64,000 bases of DNA. It comes from Chloroflexota bacterium (GTDB taxonomy: Bacteria; Chloroflexota; Limnocylindria; Limnocylindrales; CSP1-4). How positions within the stretch are numbered: position 1 is the stretch's first letter; each line of letters starts with the position of its first letter. The notes under the pieces were generated by a model. It was not told where the DNA came from and did no database searches. It was given only the letters and a program-made list of their open reading frames with translations. The translations under genes and the position numbers were made by a program. Positions 9,990-22,673 of this stretch are shown one piece after another. The DNA lies in assembly GCA_016191345.1 (NCBI GenBank), contig JACPOU010000053.1:899-64898 (forward strand). Reading direction: 5' to 3'.

Positions 9990-10915
9990 TCATACCGGGC
10001 CGCCGGGTCGGTAGTGGGGCACGACGTCCTGCGCGAGTCGCGCCAGAGCCTCACGGGACGCGAACTGGCCGGACGCGGCGAGCTTGTCGAACGCCCCCAT
10101 CGTGGGGTCGTGGAGATAGAACGTGAGTTCGGTGCGCCGGCCTCGACGAAGCGACCGACCCAGTCCGCGATCGAATCGGTCGAGGTGAAGATCCCCTCCT
10201 CCGCATAGCCGGCGCTGTACAGGCGCCCGAGGCTCGCCGGATCGCGCCCCACAGCGACGCACAGGTCGTCGATGAGGCGCATCCGATCCCGCAATCGTGA
10301 GCTGGCCTGGTCGATCGTCGGCGAGTCATCGAAGCTGGTCGTCACGACAACGTCGGCGTGCTGGACCGCGACTTCCAGGGATGCCCGGGCCTGTCCGGCG
10401 ACGTACAGCGGGACGCGCGGACGCTGCGTCGGAGCAGGCGTCATCGGGGCATCCGCGAGCTGGAAGAACTCGCCGTCGAAGGTCACGGGCTCGCCACGGA
10501 GTCCCCGGTCGAGGATCGCGGCGGCCTCCTTCAGGCGCCGCGAGCGACCCGGCCCGTCCGGGAAGGGCACCCCGACCCACGCGTGCTCGACCGCGAAATA
10601 GCCCGCGCCGATGGCGAGGTCGATCCGGCCGTGGGACAGTTGGTCCACGGTGAGGACGTGCTTCGCGAGCATGCCCGGATTGCGCATCGCCACGTTCGAT
10701 ACCAGGGGACCGAGGCGGATCCGATCCGTGTCCCGGGCGAGACCGGCGAGGGCGGTCCACGCCTCGAGGAAGGGCATCTCGGGTCGGCTTGGAACCCCGA
10801 TCTGGTCCGCGACCCAGGCATTGTCGAGGCCCACGGATTCCACGAAGCGGACCGCGTCCCGGAGGTCGTCGTAGGGCATTGTCTGGAGCACCAGGGCCCC
10901 GAACTTGACGCTCAC
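9990..10915 (-). CDS. LLM-class (luciferase-like) F420/FMN-dependent oxidoreductase, interrupted by an apparent 1-nt frameshift near 10131-10135
   Basis: GTG start (10913-10915) after RBS-like gaggagacg. VSVKFGALVLQTMPYDDL...RIRLGPLVSNVAMRNPGMLAKHVLTVDQLSHGRIDLAIGAGY...DWVGRFVEAGA lies in the frame of ORF 9830..11416. The natural C-terminus TELTFYLHDPTMGAFDKLAASGQF...HYRPGGPV lies in the frame of ORF 9990..10262. In the first frame the protein would instead run on as Arg-rich low-complexity sequence to 9830. Confidence 0.7.
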
Positions 10916-10940
10916 GATCGTCTCCTCATTGCGCGTCTCC

Positions 10941-13274
<2,334 letters not shown>

Positions 13275-14354
13275 CTACGCGATCAGGTCCCGGCGGAGGT
13301 CGGCAATCGAGGCGCAGCCGAGGAGCGGCAGGGCCAGCTCCAGCTCTTCGCGGAGGATCGCGATGGCGCGCTCCACGCCCGCCTGGCCGCCGGCGGCGAG
13401 CGCCCAGTAGAAGGGGCGGCCGACGAGGACCCCCGTCGCGCCAAGCGCGATGGCGATTGCCACGTCCAGCCCCCGGCGGACGCCGCCGTCGACCCAGACC
13501 TCGACCCGGCCGGCAACGGCATCGATGACCGCTTCCAGCGCCCGGATCGGCGCGATCGTCCGGTCCAGCTGCCGTGCCCCGTGGTTCGAGACGACGATCC
13601 CATCGACGCCGTGCTCGACTGCAAGCCGAGCGTCATCGGGTGACACGATGCCCTTGAGCACGAGTGGCAGGCTGCTCCAGGTTCGGACGGCCTCGAGGTC
13701 GCCCCAGGTCAACCCGATCGCACGCTGGTCGTCGAGCCCGGCATAGCGACCTCGGCCCACGCCAGCCGAGGGCGCGGCGACCACGTTCGGCATGCGCGGC
13801 AGGACGAAGCCGCTCCGCCGGTCGCGCTCGCGGTAGCCGAGGACGGGCAGGTCCACGGTCAGGACGATGGCGCGGCAACCCGCGGCCGCGGCCGCCTCGA
13901 CGAGCGACCGCGTGTAGCCCAGGTCGTGCAGGAGGTAGAGCTGGAAGAGGCAGTCCGCTCCCGGTTCCGCGGCCATGACAGCCGCCGCCGTCATCGACGC
14001 GGAGGTCGAGAGGATCATCGGGATGCCGGCCGCGACGGCGGCGCGGGCCATGGCGCCCTCGGCGTCGGGATGGGCCATTCCCTGGGCCGCCATCGGGGCG
14101 ATCGCGACGGGCAGGCTGCTGGACCTGCCAAGGAACGTGCCGCCGACGTCGATGCGGCGGATGTCGGTCAGGACCCGGGGCACGAACCGGTAGTCGAGCC
14201 AGGCGGCGTCGGCCTCGGCGAGCGAGACCTCGTCCCATGATCCGCCTGCCACGTACTCGAACGCCGGGCCCGACATCCTGCCCCGCGCGGGAGCCTCGAA
14301 CTCGCGCAGGCTGACGATCGCGGCGAGCTCGTCTGGACCCAGGCGAGGCGGCAT
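13275..14354 (-). CDS. FMN-dependent alpha-hydroxy acid oxidase/dehydrogenase (LldD/glycolate oxidase family)
   Basis: 359-aa ORF: LPVAIAPMA, LVLKGI, VVSNHGARQLD, VWVDGGVRRGLDV. Confidence 0.85.
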   Translation of the reverse strand: MPPRLGPDELAAIVSLREFEAPARGRMSGPAFEYVAGGSWDEVSLAEADAAWLDYRFVPRVLTDIRRIDVGGTFLGRSSSLPVAIAPMAAQGMAHPDAEGAMARAAVAAGIPMILSTSASMTAAAVMAAEPGADCLFQLYLLHDLGYTRSLVEAAAAAGCRAIVLTVDLPVLGYRERDRRSGFVLPRMPNVVAAPSAGVGRGRYAGLDDQRAIGLTWGDLEAVRTWSSLPLVLKGIVSPDDARLAVEHGVDGIVVSNHGARQLDRTIAPIRALEAVIDAVAGRVEVWVDGGVRRGLDVAIAIALGATGVLVGRPFYWALAAGGQAGVERAIAILREELELALPLLGCASIADLRRDLIA

Positions 14355-14782
14355 CAGGCGCCCGGCATCCGCGAGCGGACCCCGGCAAATCGGCCGAAGT
14401 CGCGATCGAAGGTGACGATCGTCGCAGCATGCTCGACTGCCAGGGCTGCCAGGTGGGCATCACTGACGAGATTGCCCGCGGTCCCGATCTCAGCGAGGAG
14501 GCCGGCCAGAACGTCGGCGTGGCGGGACGTCGGTTCCACGATCAACGCCGACGGAGCCGTCAGCCACTTCTTCAACTGGACCGATGCCTCGCCGACCGTG
14601 AGCGGATTGGGCAGGATCGCCGGGTTCGTGACAACTCGGAGAAAGGCAAGCAGCGCAACCCACGAGAACCCGACAGGCTCGGGCTCCCGGAGCGCCGCGT
14701 CGATCCAACCGCGACTCTGCCGGTGCTGCGGTGCGTCCTCGTTTGCCGAGTAGATCAGAACGTTGGCATCAACGAGCCACAT
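14354..14782 (-). CDS. vapC: type II toxin, PIN-domain ribonuclease (VapC family)
   Basis: 142 aa: MWLVDANVLIY (acidic D5), VSDAHLAALA, IVTFDRDF. Its stop shares one base with the start of the hydroxy-acid oxidase gene (TGATG at 14352-14356). Confidence 0.85.
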   Translation of the reverse strand: MWLVDANVLIYSANEDAPQHRQSRGWIDAALREPEPVGFSWVALLAFLRVVTNPAILPNPLTVGEASVQLKKWLTAPSALIVEPTSRHADVLAGLLAEIGTAGNLVSDAHLAALAVEHAATIVTFDRDFGRFAGVRSRMPGA

Positions 14783-14785
14783 GGG

Positions 14786-15040
14786 TCACTTGCCGAGCGC
14801 GAGCTTGCGGACGATCTCCTCGTCTTCGAGCTGAGCCGCGAGCTGGAGCGCCTTGTCGAGCGGAACCCTGGGCACGCCCATGTGCTTCGGAACGGTGTAC
14901 TGGACCGGCTCAGCCGAAGAGGCCTTCATCCCGGCTCGGATCGCCGCGTTCAGCGCCTGCTTGAACGTCAGACGGCGCTCCCGCATCAGCCGCCGGATGA
15001 TTGCGTCGGTGTCGGGATCCAGGGAGACCGTCGTTCTCAT
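14786..15040 (-). CDS. vapB: type II antitoxin (VapB-like)
   Basis: 84 aa: MRTTVSLDPDTDAIIRRLMRERRLTFKQALNAAIRAG. It lies 3 nt upstream of the PIN toxin, in the classical antitoxin-first order. Confidence 0.75.
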   Translation of the reverse strand: MRTTVSLDPDTDAIIRRLMRERRLTFKQALNAAIRAGMKASSAEPVQYTVPKHMGVPRVPLDKALQLAAQLEDEEIVRKLALGK

Positions 15041-15092
15041 GAGTGCATCATAGCATCACATTCTTGTACATCATTGCATCATCGAGCGACGG
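15041..15092 (-). promoter_or_regulatory. AT-rich vapBC promoter/operator candidate with four TGATG(C/T) repeats
   Basis: Minus-strand reading: cgaTGATGCaaTGATGTacaagaatgTGATGCtaTGATGCactcATG, with a tatgat -10-like hexamer. This is the only markedly AT-rich stretch in this part of the window. Confidence 0.4.
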
Positions 15093-17858
15093 TCAGCTGA
15101 GCAGGTCCAGGCCGGCGAGCGAGGCGAGCACGGTCTTGCGCCCGACCTGGGCGTCCTTGAAGGCCACGGTCACTTCTTCGTCGTTTCGGGTGAGCTTCGA
15201 GGTGATGACGATCCCGTCGCCCCACCGGGCATGACGGACGCGGTCGCCGTCGCGGTAGCGCCGCTCACCCGGGACGATCGGCCGAGCCGGACGAGGCGCG
15301 GCTGTGGGCGCTGTCCTCGCCGGGCGATCCTCGTCGTCGACCGCCGAACCGCCACCCCAGGCCTCGATCCGGCGCCCGAACGTGCCCGAGCGGGCACCGC
15401 CGGCGAACGCATCCCGCTTCGCCGCGAGGTCACGCGACGGCCGGAACGCCTCGCCGGGCCGTGGCCCACCGGGGCGACCACTCCCCTCCCGGAAGGCACC
15501 GCCCCCGCCTGCCGGCCGGATCCGCGTCCCGAAGCGCGTCGCGCCGCGCCCGAAGACGAGGCCCGGATCGATCGAGGCGTCCTCGTCCGTCTCGCCGGCC
15601 GCACGGCCCAGCCGCGGCCCGCTCATGAGCTCCCCGGGGATCTCCAGCAGGAAGCGCGACGGCTCCGCCATCCAGCTGCCGCCGGCACCGCGTCGCGTCG
15701 CGCGCTGCCAGGCATGCGACAGGTAGAGGCGCTGCTTTGCCCTGGTCATCCCGACGTACGCCAGGCGACGCTCCTCCTCCATGCCCGCCGGGTTCGGGTT
15801 GAAGCCGGATTCCGCCTCGATGGCGCGGCCCGTCGGGAAGAGGCCCTCCTCGAGGCCGGCGATGAACACGACCGGGAACTCGAGGCCCTTGGCGGCGTGG
15901 AGCGTGATCAGGGAGAGCTTGTCGGCATCGGCCTCGTACGAATCCTGGTCGGCGACGAGCGCCGTCTCCTCGAGCAGGCGGTCCAGGGCGTCCTCGGGCG
16001 AGAGGTCGTCGTAGCGGGTGGTGACCTCGCGGAGCTCGAGGAGGTTGGCCCAGCGCTCCTCCCCTTCCTCGGTCCCGTCGGCGAGCATCGCCCGGTAGCC
16101 GGACCGCTCCAGGACCTCGTCCACGAGCTCGGGCAGCGGCAGGACGCCGATCCGCGTCCGCAGCCGCCGGACGAGTCCCACGAAATCCGCGATCGCTGTC
16201 CGCGCCCGGCCGGCGAGCTCGGGCACGCCTTCATCGGCGACGCGCTCCAGGGCGAGCCAGTACGGGACGTCGTCGCGGCGCGCCACCGCCCGGATGACCT
16301 CGATCGTCCTGTCGCCGATCGAGCGGGCCGGGACGTTGATCACCCGCTCGAAGCTCACCGAATCCGCGTCGGAGCGGAGGATCCGGAGGTACGCCAGCGC
16401 GTCCTTGACCTCCTTCCGGGCGTAGAACCGCGTCCCGCCGACCACCTGGTAGCGGATCCCGTAGCGGAGGCACGATTCCTCGATCGCGCGGGACTGGGCG
16501 TTCGTGCGGTACAGGACGGCGATGTCGCGGAGGTGCCAGGTGCCGCTGCCGTCATCGGCGTGCCGCGTGAGCACGGACCCTCGAGCGCCGGTCAGCTCCT
16601 CGACGCGGCGGGCAATCCACTCGGCCTCCTCCTCCTCGTTGTAGGCCTCGAAGCGCTCGATCTTCTGGCCCTGGTCGTTGCGGGTCCAGAGCTTCTTGTC
16701 CGTCCGCGCCTCGTTCCGCGACACGACCGCGTGGGCGGCCTCGAGGATGCGCTGGGTGGAGCGGTAGTTCTGCTCCAGCTTCACGACCGTCGCATCGGGC
16801 CAGTCGCGCTCGAAGTCGAGGATGTTGCGGATGTCCGCGCCGCGCCAGCCATAGATCGACTGGTCGTCGTCGCCGACGACCGCGAGGTTCCGGTGCTGCG
16901 CCGCGAGGGCCTTGATCCAGAGATACTGCGGTCGGTTCGTGTCCTGGTACTCGTCGACGTGGAGGTAGCGCCAGCGCGCCTGGTACTTCTCGAGCGTCTT
17001 CGGCGACTCGTCGAAGAGGCGGACCGCCTCGAGCAGCAGGTCGTCGAAGTCGAGGGCGTTCGAGCGCCGGAGGGCGTCGCGGTAGCGCTTCGCGAGCCGG
17101 GCGATCTCGACAAGGTTGCCCGTGGCGACCCGCATCGGGGGGATCTCGGTCGGGTCGAGCATGTCGTTCTTGGCCCGGCTGATCGCGCCGAGAATGGCCT
17201 GCGGCCGGGTGTCGCCTTTCGCCTCGAGGCCCTCCTCGCGGAGGATCTGCTTCATGAGGGCGTTCTGGTCGTCCGTGTCGTAGATGAGGAACCGCCGGTC
17301 CAGCCCGATCGCCTCGCCGTCGCGGCGGAGGACGCGGGCACAGAGCGCGTGGAAGGTCCCCGCCTCCACCTCCTTCGCGGCCTCGCCGGCAAGGCGGGCG
17401 ATCCGCTCCCGGAGCTCGGCGGCGGCGCGGTTCGTGAAGGTGACCGCCAGGATCCGGAAGGGCGGGATGCCCTTGACGCCGATCAGGTACGCCACGCGGT
17501 GGGCGAGCACTCGGGTCTTTCCGGACCCGGCACCGGCGAGGATCAGGACCGGGCCGTCGGTCGTCGTCACCGCCCTTGCCTGCTCCGGGTTCAGGCGGGC
17601 GACGATCTCGCGCTCGCCCGAGGCGCGGGCCTCCTGCTGGCGGCGCGCCGCCTCGGGATCCGGCGGTGTTGCGGGATCCTGGTCGCCGCTCGCGGCCGCC
17701 GCGGCCTCGGCCAGCCAGGCCGGCTCCTCGGGGAGCGCCACGGGCCCCGGAGCGGCCTCGAACGACGTCCCGACCGTCTCCGAGACCTCGTCGAAGGCGC
17801 CGATCGAGGCGGCGCCGGCGCCTCGGCGCCGCCCGCCGCGGGGCTGGGTGGGACTCAC
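15093..17858 (-). CDS. pcrA: ATP-dependent DNA helicase, UvrD/PcrA family
   Basis: 921-aa ORF: Walker A LAGAGSGKTRVLAHRVAYL, DEYQDTN, VGDDDQSIYGWRGA, YRSTQRILEAA, TLHAAKGLEFPVVFIAG, AYVGMTRAKQRLYLS. The exact start is uncertain. Confidence 0.9.
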   Translation of the reverse strand: MSPTQPRGGRRRGAGAASIGAFDEVSETVGTSFEAAPGPVALPEEPAWLAEAAAAASGDQDPATPPDPEAARRQQEARASGEREIVARLNPEQARAVTTTDGPVLILAGAGSGKTRVLAHRVAYLIGVKGIPPFRILAVTFTNRAAAELRERIARLAGEAAKEVEAGTFHALCARVLRRDGEAIGLDRRFLIYDTDDQNALMKQILREEGLEAKGDTRPQAILGAISRAKNDMLDPTEIPPMRVATGNLVEIARLAKRYRDALRRSNALDFDDLLLEAVRLFDESPKTLEKYQARWRYLHVDEYQDTNRPQYLWIKALAAQHRNLAVVGDDDQSIYGWRGADIRNILDFERDWPDATVVKLEQNYRSTQRILEAAHAVVSRNEARTDKKLWTRNDQGQKIERFEAYNEEEEAEWIARRVEELTGARGSVLTRHADDGSGTWHLRDIAVLYRTNAQSRAIEESCLRYGIRYQVVGGTRFYARKEVKDALAYLRILRSDADSVSFERVINVPARSIGDRTIEVIRAVARRDDVPYWLALERVADEGVPELAGRARTAIADFVGLVRRLRTRIGVLPLPELVDEVLERSGYRAMLADGTEEGEERWANLLELREVTTRYDDLSPEDALDRLLEETALVADQDSYEADADKLSLITLHAAKGLEFPVVFIAGLEEGLFPTGRAIEAESGFNPNPAGMEEERRLAYVGMTRAKQRLYLSHAWQRATRRGAGGSWMAEPSRFLLEIPGELMSGPRLGRAAGETDEDASIDPGLVFGRGATRFGTRIRPAGGGGAFREGSGRPGGPRPGEAFRPSRDLAAKRDAFAGGARSGTFGRRIEAWGGGSAVDDEDRPARTAPTAAPRPARPIVPGERRYRDGDRVRHARWGDGIVITSKLTRNDEEVTVAFKDAQVGRKTVLASLAGLDLLS

Positions 17859-17933
17859 CCGGCCATTGTAGGTCGGGCCGCTTGGCCGCCGGTCACCAGG
17901 GGCCGGGCGGCCCCAGGGCCGGCGGCCCGGCGG

Positions 17934-18692
17934 CTACTGGATCTCGGCCGCCGGCGGGGCCGTGATCGTCAGCGCGGCGTCCCAGTTCGACATGACGAGC
18001 TTCAGCGTCAGGTCGCCGACCTCGGAGCTCGTGACCTTGATCGTCGCGCCGGCGAGCTTCAGCGAGTCGCGCTCGACGAGGATCGTGAGCACGATGCCGC
18101 CATCGCCGGGGGCGCCGCTCGCGTTGGGCATGAGGGCCTTGAGCTCCTCGGCCGTGAGGTCGATCTCGACCTGGTAGCACTGCTTCGAACCGCAGGCCGT
18201 GTCGGCCAGTTTCTTCGGGTCGACGCCGGGCTTGGCGAGCCAGTCCTTGAGCGCGGCGATGCTCGCGCCGGGGTTGCCGGGGTCGACGGGGACCCCGAGG
18301 TCGGTCGTGGAGCTCTTCGCGTACTTGTCGCCCCCGAACGAGCTCCTGAGGTACGTGTCGGTCCCCACGACGACGACGTCGGCGGTCATGCCGAGGAGCG
18401 CCGGGACGGCGAGGTTCGCCTTGAGGTTGCCGCCCTTGATGTCGACGTCCGCGGTCAGCTTCGTGCCGGTCAGGGCGATGTCGCTCCCGCTGCCGGTCCC
18501 GGTGAGATCCAGCTTGATCGTCCCCTCGACGGTCGCCTCGAGATGGACCGACTTGGCATCCTGGAGCGCGGTCACGCTCTTGGCCAGGATCTCGGCCGGG
18601 TCCGCGATCGCGGGGGCTGCGGCGCCGCACGCGCCGGCGATGACGGCGGCGACGACGAGGAGCGCTGGGAGCGCGAGCGGGCGACGGTGCAT
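17934..18692 (-). CDS. secreted lipoprotein, LppX/LprAFG (LprG-like) family candidate
   Basis: Start set at MHRRPLALPALLVVAAVIAGAC (ATG 18690-18692; lipobox IAGAC) inside ORF 17934..19064. The mature part resembles LprG-type lipid-binding lipoproteins (SVHLEATVEGTIKLDLTG...DTYLRS...CYQVEIDL). The family call is by eye only. Confidence 0.65.
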   Translation of the reverse strand: MHRRPLALPALLVVAAVIAGACGAAAPAIADPAEILAKSVTALQDAKSVHLEATVEGTIKLDLTGTGSGSDIALTGTKLTADVDIKGGNLKANLAVPALLGMTADVVVVGTDTYLRSSFGGDKYAKSSTTDLGVPVDPGNPGASIAALKDWLAKPGVDPKKLADTACGSKQCYQVEIDLTAEELKALMPNASGAPGDGGIVLTILVERDSLKLAGATIKVTSSEVGDLTLKLVMSNWDAALTITAPPAAEIQ

Positions 18693-19091
18693 GGATCCCT
18701 CCGACGATGGTGCTGCTCGGGCAGGGTCGCCGCGCGGTCGCCGGGTGTCAAGCGCCCGATGGTCCCCTTCGAGGGGCCGGCCAGCCCGCCCCGGACCGAA
18801 GCTCGTCGCGGCCGAGAGGCCGGCGGCCTGCGCCCGCTCCCCGTGGCACGCGCCGGTGGCCGTTGCCGTCACGATTTCCGCCGCGTACTCGCCGGGGGAG
18901 TGGTGGTGGAGGCGGGCCCGTCCTCGGGAGGTCGCCGGAGTCCGCCTCGAACGTGACGCCCCCGGGCGGAGGCGCCGATTCGCCGGATTCGATGGCGCAC
19001 GAGCCACCAGCACTCCCGGGACGAGTATCCGGCGGAATCCGGAGCCGCAGCGGCCGCGTCGCAACGCGAAAGCGTGACCCGCGAATCAGAA

Positions 19092-19115
19092 GAGCCCGGC
19101 TTCGCGGCCGGGCTC
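19092..19115 (-). terminator. groEL terminator hairpin
   Basis: gagcccggc-ttcgcg-gccgggctc forms a 9-bp perfect stem. On the minus strand it is followed by ttctgatt, 25 nt after the groEL stop. Confidence 0.55.
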
Positions 19116-19139
19116 GTTCCGTTTCCGATCGAACGTGGA

Positions 19140-21156
<2,017 letters not shown>

Positions 21157-21342
21157 CGTGCTTCCCTCCTGTGACGGTTCGTACCGTCGGGCCTGGATTG
21201 CGCGGTCCGTTCCTTCCGCGAAGCGCGCTGCGCGACCCGCGACCGGCCCGTTGACGATCCATTGGTGCTGTTCGACGGGCCAGACTCCCGGCGCTGGCTC
21301 CCGTTCACCCGGGGCGCCGTGGGACGGCTGGATCCGCGTCGA

Positions 21343-21369
21343 TTAGCACTCTCGATGTGAGAGTGCCAA
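21343..21369. promoter_or_regulatory. CIRCE operator (HrcA binding site) upstream of groES
   Basis: TTAGCACTC-tcgatgtga-GAGTGCCAA differs by one mismatch from the consensus TTAGCACTC-N9-GAGTGCTAA. It lies about 187 nt upstream of the groES ATG. Confidence 0.85.
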
Positions 21370-21433
21370 CAGTGTAGGGAGTGCCCTCCGGCGCTGTCAA
21401 CCGTAGGCGAGACTGTCGGTGGGGCGCACGGGC

Positions 21434-21790
21434 GGGCACAGCTCCCGCGGGGCGGGCGCGGGTCACGCGGGGCGGGCACGGCTCCCCCGCTGTGCTGGCA
21501 CGGCTCCCCGCTGTGCTGGCACGGCTCCCCGCTGTGCTGGCACGGCTCCTCGCTGTGCTGGCACGGCTCCTCGCTGTGCTGGCACGGCTCCTCGCTGTGC
21601 TGGCACGGCTCCCCGCTGTGCGGGCACGGCTCCCCGCTGTGCGGGCACGGCTCCCCGCTGTGCGTGCCGGACGCGGGTCACGCGGGGCGGACGCGGGTCA
21701 CGCGGGGCGGACGCGGCTCCCCGCTGTGCGTGCCGGGCGCGGGTCACGTCACGGCTCCCGCGGGCGGGCACCCCCCCGCTGTGTGTGCCG
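21434..21790. repeat. tandem repeat array: 9 contiguous 21-bp units (21475-21664) flanked by degenerate related modules
   Basis: The unit is GGCACGGCTCC(C/T)CGCTGTGC(T/G); the first copy has one extra C. The order is three CCCC..GCT copies, three CCTC..GCT copies, then three CCCC..GCG copies. The flanks carry GG(A/G)CGCGGGTCACGCGGGGC modules. It is intergenic, between the lipoprotein gene (stop 21962) and the groES CIRCE/promoter. Confidence 0.9.
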
Positions 21791-21961
21791 AGCACAATTC
21801 CGGGCCTGAAGACCGCCTGGCCGCCCTCCAGGCCGTCGGACGGGGCCCATCGGTGGCCGTGGCGCACGGATCTCATCCGAACACGCGGTGGATGGGGCCT
21901 GCGACCTCGAAATCGTGCTCCACACGCACAGACGGGAATGGCGGCGGCCCAGCCGCGACGC

Positions 21962-22672
21962 TCAGTGCCCGATCGTGATCGTCACCGTCTTCGTCGCGGG
22001 GTCGCTCGCGAGGCTCACGCAGCCGTTGCCGTCGTAGCCGATCACGAACGCATAGACCCCTTCGAAGGCCTCCGTCTGCTCGACCTGCTTCAACGCCAGC
22101 ATCGCCGGCTTGAGCGAGGTCGGTCCGACGTAGGTCGGGTTGCCGGCGTCGTCGGTGATCGCCATCTCCGTGAGCTTCACGTCGACGTGGTGGGCGCCGA
22201 GGACCTCGATCTCGGCCCCGCTGGCACCGGCCACGAACGGTGGCTCCGCGGCCCTGAGCTCGCCGGTTCCCGTGCCCGCGGGATTCGTCGCCGGGTCGCC
22301 CAGGGTGAGCGTCACGAAGTCGTTGAGGCCATCGCTCCGGGTCTCGAGGTCCACGAGGGTGTTCGAGCGGAGGGCACCGGACTGCGCGGCCACGGGACAG
22401 CCGCTGCCACCCGTCGCCTGGCCGGTCGGGGGAAGGCTCCCGGTTACGCTCGGGACGGGCGAGACCGTGGTGCCGCACGCGGCCACGAACGCCACGAGCG
22501 CGGCGAGGGCGGGGCCGCGGGCGCGGCCGCGGGCCACGCGGCGGCCGGCGCGGCGGGCGCAGGCGATGAGCGAAGGCCGGACGACCCGGAGCGCCGGGGA
22601 CGCGTGGATCACTGGTCGGCTCCGATCGTGCTGGATGGTTCCCGATCCTCCGACGCCGGAACGACACTCCAT
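21962..22672 (-). CDS. hypothetical lipoprotein
   Basis: ORF 21962..22798, start taken at MECRSG (ATG 22670-22672), 1 nt after the protease stop. A later GTG (VARGRARGP...) is also possible. Signal/lipobox: ALAALVAFVAAC. I recognise no family. Confidence 0.6.
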   Translation of the reverse strand: MECRSGVGGSGTIQHDRSRPVIHASPALRVVRPSLIACARRAGRRVARGRARGPALAALVAFVAACGTTVSPVPSVTGSLPPTGQATGGSGCPVAAQSGALRSNTLVDLETRSDGLNDFVTLTLGDPATNPAGTGTGELRAAEPPFVAGASGAEIEVLGAHHVDVKLTEMAITDDAGNPTYVGPTSLKPAMLALKQVEQTEAFEGVYAFVIGYDGNGCVSLASDPATKTVTITIGH

Positions 22673-22673
22673 G

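Noticed and set aside
15231-18956. 1241-aa + strand ORF, with similar giant ORFs at 59735..62860 (-), 864..2162 (+), 11358..13241 (+), 19074..20882 (+), 27921..30512 (+), 52745..54718 (+) and others
   Set aside because: These are antisense or out-of-frame shadow ORFs, typical of very GC-rich DNA. They are Arg/Gly/Pro/Asp-rich with no recognisable motifs, and each overlaps a well-supported gene on the other strand (pcrA, acn, gatB, ligA, groEL, purNH, oppA).
21434-21790. Possible CRISPR array
   Set aside because: The 21-bp units are directly contiguous with no unique spacers. The unit is shorter than typical CRISPR repeats, and there are no cas genes in the window. It is a tandem (VNTR-like) repeat.
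21381-21876. ORFs encoding heptad-repeat peptides (PAVLARL x n on the + strand, RGAVPAQ x n on the - strand)
   Set aside because: They arise automatically because the 21-bp repeat is a multiple of three. All frames are open, there is no RBS or plausible start context, and the composition is not protein-like.
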